DNA of 51,779 bases, taken from assembly GCA_964561825.1 (NCBI GenBank), contig CAZLSB010000003.1, forward strand, positions 1 to 51,779. The letters are read 5' to 3'. This stretch comes from an uncultured Xanthomonas sp. GTDB lineage: Bacteria; Pseudomonadota; Gammaproteobacteria; Xanthomonadales; SZUA-5. The notes beneath the pieces are model-generated. The model worked only from the letters and a program-made list of their open reading frames with translations. It was not told the DNA's origin and searched no databases. The translations under genes and the position numbers were made by a program. This document shows positions 47,927-51,779 of the stretch, piece after piece. The stretch's first letter is position 1. The number at the start of each line of letters is the position of its first letter.

Positions 47927-49657
47927 ATGCATGTACTTTGTTTCGATCATCGCGGCCTGATCGGCAACTTGCTGCCCTCCGCCTTGTTGCCGGAGGCTGG
48001 AGGCGAGCTGCTGATCGTGCCGGGTCTCGAGGGCGCGCATGGCGATGCGGTGGTTGATTTCGTGCATGCCCAAAGGCAGCACGGTGCCCCTTGGGAAATA
48101 TGGCACCTATGGGATACGTCGAGCACTAGGACCCATGTCGAGTCCTTGGCCAACCAGTTGGAGTCCCTCATTCGGGACAATGCGGAGTGTGCGCTGCATT
48201 GCCTTTGCGTCGTGCCCCTTTCGGCAGGTTCTGTGACGTTCAGCTTCCTTGGTCGCACGAGTCCAGCCAGCGAACGCGCATGGCTGCCCACCCCGCAACG
48301 CTGGACTTGGGTCGAACTCGGACTGCAGCGCGACCAAGGCCAAGACCTCCACGCGCTCCTCCCACTGGTGCTGCGGTTTTGGCTTTCCCGAGCGGATCTT
48401 GGTATCGCCGAGCTTACGACCTGGAACAAGCATGGCTGCTATCGCCTTCTGTTCAAGCACTCTGCTGAGGCACTCGGCGATACTCGGCGCCTGCTGGCGC
48501 AACGCTGGCGCGCGGCGAACCAACAGCTATTGAAGGATGTTGAGGCGCTTCGAGGCGCACCGTGCGAAGGCACGAATTTCCTCAAGCTGCCGGAACATTT
48601 TGTTGCCGAGCTTCGGCTGCCGTACGACGGCAGTGGCCGTGCTGTTGGTCGATCCGCAGGATCGACGGCCGGGGAACTGGGATGGTTTTTCTCACCCGAG
48701 GACTTTGCTCGCATCAGGGCTTGGACCGGCGGTCAACTCGCGACGTTCGGCATCGAGCTTAGACGCGCTCGCGACGCTGCCGATGCAGCTTACCGAGCGC
48801 AGTTGAACGCGTTCTATCGCGGGGATACTGGCTCTGAATCCACCGCCGAGACTCCTCAGGCCGCCGTGACCAGACTGCGGGGAGAATGCGAGCGCTTGCG
48901 TAGCGACACCCCTTCGGAGCAGGACCTCTTAGAGGACCACGAGGGCCTCTTGGTGGAACTGCGGCGCAGGGAAAGTTTTTGGCTGGCAGATCTGTTCGTC
49001 GCATTGCGTCATCGACCGAGTCGGCGGATGACCCGGTGGATTGTCGCCACCGCTGCCATCGTTCTTGGCGTCGTCGTCGCGTACCTCGCGCAGGTAGGGT
49101 CCGCCACGCCGCCTGCCGACGAGACACGATGGTGGTGGGCATTGAGCGGCGGCATCGTTCTTCTGTCCGCATTCTTGTTCGGTTTGACCCGGGCTCGACG
49201 CGTCTTCCGCGCTCGCCTGCAAACCGTTGTGTCCGAGATTGCTGCGTACTGGAACCGCGCAAGGCAAATTCATGCGGACCACACCGATATGCTTAATCGG
49301 CAACTGCGCCTGATTGCACTGCAGCACAACCTCGTTATCGCTGAAGCGGCGCAGAAAAAGCGTGAGCGCGCCGTCGCACAGAGTCTCTACCACGTGAATC
49401 GTCTCGACGAATATATCCGGCAGAACGCGGCTTCCATGCCCGACTCGCCGTCCACGAACGCTGTGCTCCCGCCTCCCATTATCCGCATCGATCAATCTGA
49501 ACGCCTGAACCCCGCGTATCGTTGGATCGGAGATCCTGCGCCCATTGAGCTGGCAGTCCCCGGGAGCGTATTCCAAGCCGCCCCCAGCAAGTTCAATCAC
49601 GACGGCCGTCTGTCGGGAATCAAGCGCATCGACATACAGGTCTTGTCGTCGCCATGA
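47927..49657 (+). CDS. Hypothetical bitopic/hairpin membrane protein with coiled-coil regions, third gene of the cassette
   Basis: 576 aa. A soluble N-terminal region of about 360 aa is followed by two adjacent TM helices (WIVATAAIVLGVVVAYLAQV and WWWALSGGIVLLSAFLFGLT, about 49030-49190) and a helical C-terminal region. I recognise no family. Confidence 0.7.
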   Translation: MHVLCFDHRGLIGNLLPSALLPEAGGELLIVPGLEGAHGDAVVDFVHAQRQHGAPWEIWHLWDTSSTRTHVESLANQLESLIRDNAECALHCLCVVPLSAGSVTFSFLGRTSPASERAWLPTPQRWTWVELGLQRDQGQDLHALLPLVLRFWLSRADLGIAELTTWNKHGCYRLLFKHSAEALGDTRRLLAQRWRAANQQLLKDVEALRGAPCEGTNFLKLPEHFVAELRLPYDGSGRAVGRSAGSTAGELGWFFSPEDFARIRAWTGGQLATFGIELRRARDAADAAYRAQLNAFYRGDTGSESTAETPQAAVTRLRGECERLRSDTPSEQDLLEDHEGLLVELRRRESFWLADLFVALRHRPSRRMTRWIVATAAIVLGVVVAYLAQVGSATPPADETRWWWALSGGIVLLSAFLFGLTRARRVFRARLQTVVSEIAAYWNRARQIHADHTDMLNRQLRLIALQHNLVIAEAAQKKRERAVAQSLYHVNRLDEYIRQNAASMPDSPSTNAVLPPPIIRIDQSERLNPAYRWIGDPAPIELAVPGSVFQAAPSKFNHDGRLSGIKRIDIQVLSSP

Positions 49658-50406
49658 TGATGGCGCTCCTTCCGTATGCCCTTCTCGTTGGCGTCCTGCT
49701 GATCTTGTGGCTGACGAACTTCCGGCGCAGGCGGCGCAACGAGCAGTGGCTGTTTCCTGTTGCCGCGCTCGTGTTTTCGGTCGCCGCGCTGGCGGCGGTC
49801 TACTGGCTTCGCGAGGAGTACTTGTCGCTGCTGGCGCGCTACGACCTCTGGGTGCAGTGGACTGAAGCAATCGTTCCCATCGTCGTCCCTAAGGACGTCT
49901 TCGGACTGCTTCCTTGGCTGAACGGAGTGTTCCTGCTTCTGTTTTCGCTGATCAAATTGTTGCTCAGGGGTTCGCTGGCGCTCGTTGCTCGACTGCGCAA
50001 GACGACACCTCGGGGCGACAGCGCCTGGGGCGCCTATGCGCATGTCAAGGACCAGGGCTGGCAACGGCAGCCAGAGTGGTACTTTGCCTTGCAAGCATGC
50101 CGTGCGCTGACGGTGCTGGCCTTCTTCCTGCTGCTTGTTTGCTGGCAGGTCTACGAGGGGCGCTGGTCGCCACCGCTGACGCCGATCCTCCCGGCCATGG
50201 CGTTGGTGATCTTCGCAGAGTGTGCCGCCTACCTTGGTGGACAGTCCCCGGGGTGTGGGGCTGTGGAACTCCATGGTGATGACGTTTCAGTTTCGGCATT
50301 CGGCAACTACTCAAAGGTCTGGAAGGAGATGCTTGCGATCTGGCCGAAGCACTGGCTGGCGACAGGCTCGGCGCGAATCTGGAGGCGACCCCATGGGCCC
50401 CGATAG
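49654..50406 (+). CDS. Hypothetical polytopic membrane protein, fourth gene of the cassette
   Basis: 250 aa with about five hydrophobic helices (for example ALLPYALLVGVLLILWL, FPVAALVFSVAALAAVYWL, ALTVLAFFLLLVCW). It has an ATGA start/stop overlap with the preceding gene. Confidence 0.7.
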   Translation: MMMALLPYALLVGVLLILWLTNFRRRRRNEQWLFPVAALVFSVAALAAVYWLREEYLSLLARYDLWVQWTEAIVPIVVPKDVFGLLPWLNGVFLLLFSLIKLLLRGSLALVARLRKTTPRGDSAWGAYAHVKDQGWQRQPEWYFALQACRALTVLAFFLLLVCWQVYEGRWSPPLTPILPAMALVIFAECAAYLGGQSPGCGAVELHGDDVSVSAFGNYSKVWKEMLAIWPKHWLATGSARIWRRPHGPR

Positions 50407-51779
50407 CCATCGGGCTCGCGCCTCTGAATCAGTCGGCGATGAGGAACTTGCCGCCGTATCCAATTGGATCGAGCAACGTCACAACGTGCTGCTGCTGAGT
50501 TGGCCCAACCCGCGTTTGGCGCGGTTGTTGCGCGCTGCCATCGAACGGCGAATCGGTCGCGGCAACAACGCGGTGCTGCTGGTAGAGAACGATGTGCAAC
50601 TCGCCGCTTCGAAAGTCTTGGCGCCGCCCGATCTGCAGGTCGCCGGGTCATTCACTTGCAGGGGCTACACCCGGCGAAGGTTCCTGGACGAAGTCGACGC
50701 CGCCAGCGCCGATGTCTGGTTCAAGCACCTCGACCTAATCGTCATTCCGTTTGCCGACGATACGTTTCACGCGCCCTTCGAATGGGAGCATGTCTGCTTC
50801 CGGATCATTGATCGCTACCGGCGAGCAGAGCTTCCGCTTCCGCAGTTTGTCCTGGTCTGTTCGCCGCGCAACCATGCCGAGGCTGCACTACGGCGCAACT
50901 TACCCATCTTCGATACGAGTGCGCGCCCGTACGCGACCGGCCAACATCGGCCGCATGAACAGGCATTGTCCGGTGTCGACACCAAGCACATCTGGTGGAC
51001 GCTCTGGGCGGCGGAACAGCGCTACGTAGGCGCCATTCTTCAAGCGCGACCGGACGTGGATTACGGCGTCGCTCCCGTCCTCGCCTACTTCGCGGGCCTG
51101 CGTCGAGTCGCGCCAAGCCGATACGCCAACCATCCAGGCGTGCACATGGACGACCAAGCCGAAGCTCTGCAGATCCAGATCGCTTCCCTTGGCGCTCGTC
51201 CTCCAAACGATGTTGTAACAGCTCAATCGAACACCCAGTTCTCCCGGTCCGAGCCCTGTAGCGGAGAAGTGATTCACGACGCCACAGGAAACGCCTGGCG
51301 TGCTCTTCGGGCATTCACCGAGCGCGGGGGAGAGGCGGTATTGCTGGGAATCGCCTGTGCGCCGACGCTGCTCAGGGGGTACCTGATCGACAACGCCGCC
51401 TATTACGCGAGCAGTGTTCTGGAGCCGCTCACACCCAGCATGGTCAACAGCGAGTCAGTTGTCGCCACCCAGATCTACCTGCGTCTGACGCCTGCCGGGA
51501 CTCGGCTCCCCATGGTGGAAGTCCGTAACGCCTTGGAGGGCATTCCGGTTGCGGACCGCAGCGTGCACACCTTCGCGCGGCTGCGTGCGGCATTTGAATC
51601 CGTATTCGGAAATGCCGTGGCCAGCGCGCTGGCACTCGAAGTAGGCGAGCGCTGGGGTGACGCCGAACAACGGTTTATTCGCGAAACGTCAGTGTTCCTC
51701 GGCACGGTACCGATAGCCGATGACGCCGACTGGCTCAAAGGATGCCGCGTCGTCGACGAAGACGGCAACGATCTTGATC
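50393..51779 (+). CDS. Hypothetical protein, fifth gene of the cassette (5' part only; runs off the window end)
   Basis: It is not in the supplied track because it has no in-window stop. The ATG at 50393 lies 8 nt after GGAGG (50381-50385) and overlaps the gene 4 stop by 14 nt. I read 462 sense codons to 51779 with no stop (MGPDSHRARASESVGDEELAAVSNWIEQRHNVLLLSWPNPRLARLL...). All other frames here hold only short ORFs. Confidence 0.75.
   Translation, partial: MGPDSHRARASESVGDEELAAVSNWIEQRHNVLLLSWPNPRLARLLRAAIERRIGRGNNAVLLVENDVQLAASKVLAPPDLQVAGSFTCRGYTRRRFLDEVDAASADVWFKHLDLIVIPFADDTFHAPFEWEHVCFRIIDRYRRAELPLPQFVLVCSPRNHAEAALRRNLPIFDTSARPYATGQHRPHEQALSGVDTKHIWWTLWAAEQRYVGAILQARPDVDYGVAPVLAYFAGLRRVAPSRYANHPGVHMDDQAEALQIQIASLGARPPNDVVTAQSNTQFSRSEPCSGEVIHDATGNAWRALRAFTERGGEAVLLGIACAPTLLRGYLIDNAAYYASSVLEPLTPSMVNSESVVATQIYLRLTPAGTRLPMVEVRNALEGIPVADRSVHTFARLRAAFESVFGNAVASALALEVGERWGDAEQRFIRETSVFLGTVPIADDADWLKGCRVVDEDGNDLD

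Noticed and set aside
1-51779. A scan for tRNA/tmRNA 3' ends (GGTTCGAATCC-like T-arms), rRNA, CRISPR repeat-spacer periodicity, and transposase or integrase genes.
   Set aside because: I found none by eye. The only notable repeat is the inverted repeat at 5007-5255. The absence of tRNA or integrase means I cannot claim a defined genomic island boundary.

Overview
This 51.8-kb window comes from a roughly 60% GC gammaproteobacterial chromosome. The gene order ruvB-ybgC-tolQRA-tolB-pal-cpoB-queE looks Xanthomonadales-like, but that is my impression and not a search result. Positions 1-41.4 kb are ordinary, densely packed core genes. They include a MacB-type ABC export operon with three adaptor units, aroE, an S46 peptidase, and an ECF sigma factor paired with a Ser/Thr kinase next to two secreted proteins of unknown function. 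They also include allantoicase and ureidoglycolate lyase, an E. coli-type frdABCD, the full tol-pal cluster, ruvB, arginase, a MATE pump, priA and ilvE. After a roughly 0.9-kb stretch with no credible coding sequence (41.4-42.3 kb), the character changes. Five co-directional, tightly coupled genes run from 42.3 kb to the window end. The first is a membrane-anchored vWA (MIDAS) protein. The second is an 1142-aa protein whose N-terminus carries the tubulin/FtsZ GTP-binding signature (AGGTGSG) and a glycine-rich T1-like loop. The next two are membrane proteins. The fifth is a large ORF that runs off the window edge and is absent from the supplied ORF track. I consider this vWA plus giant tubulin-like GTPase membrane cassette the best candidate for an uncharacterised system. 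Secondary observations are a 19-23 bp long-range inverted repeat that can sequester the SD and start codon of the ABC ATPase gene, and a tandem-fused double HlyD adaptor. The ECF-sigma/kinase locus has no anti-sigma gene. I found no tRNA, rRNA, CRISPR array, transposase or integrase. All product names rest on motif and family recognition by eye. No database search was run.
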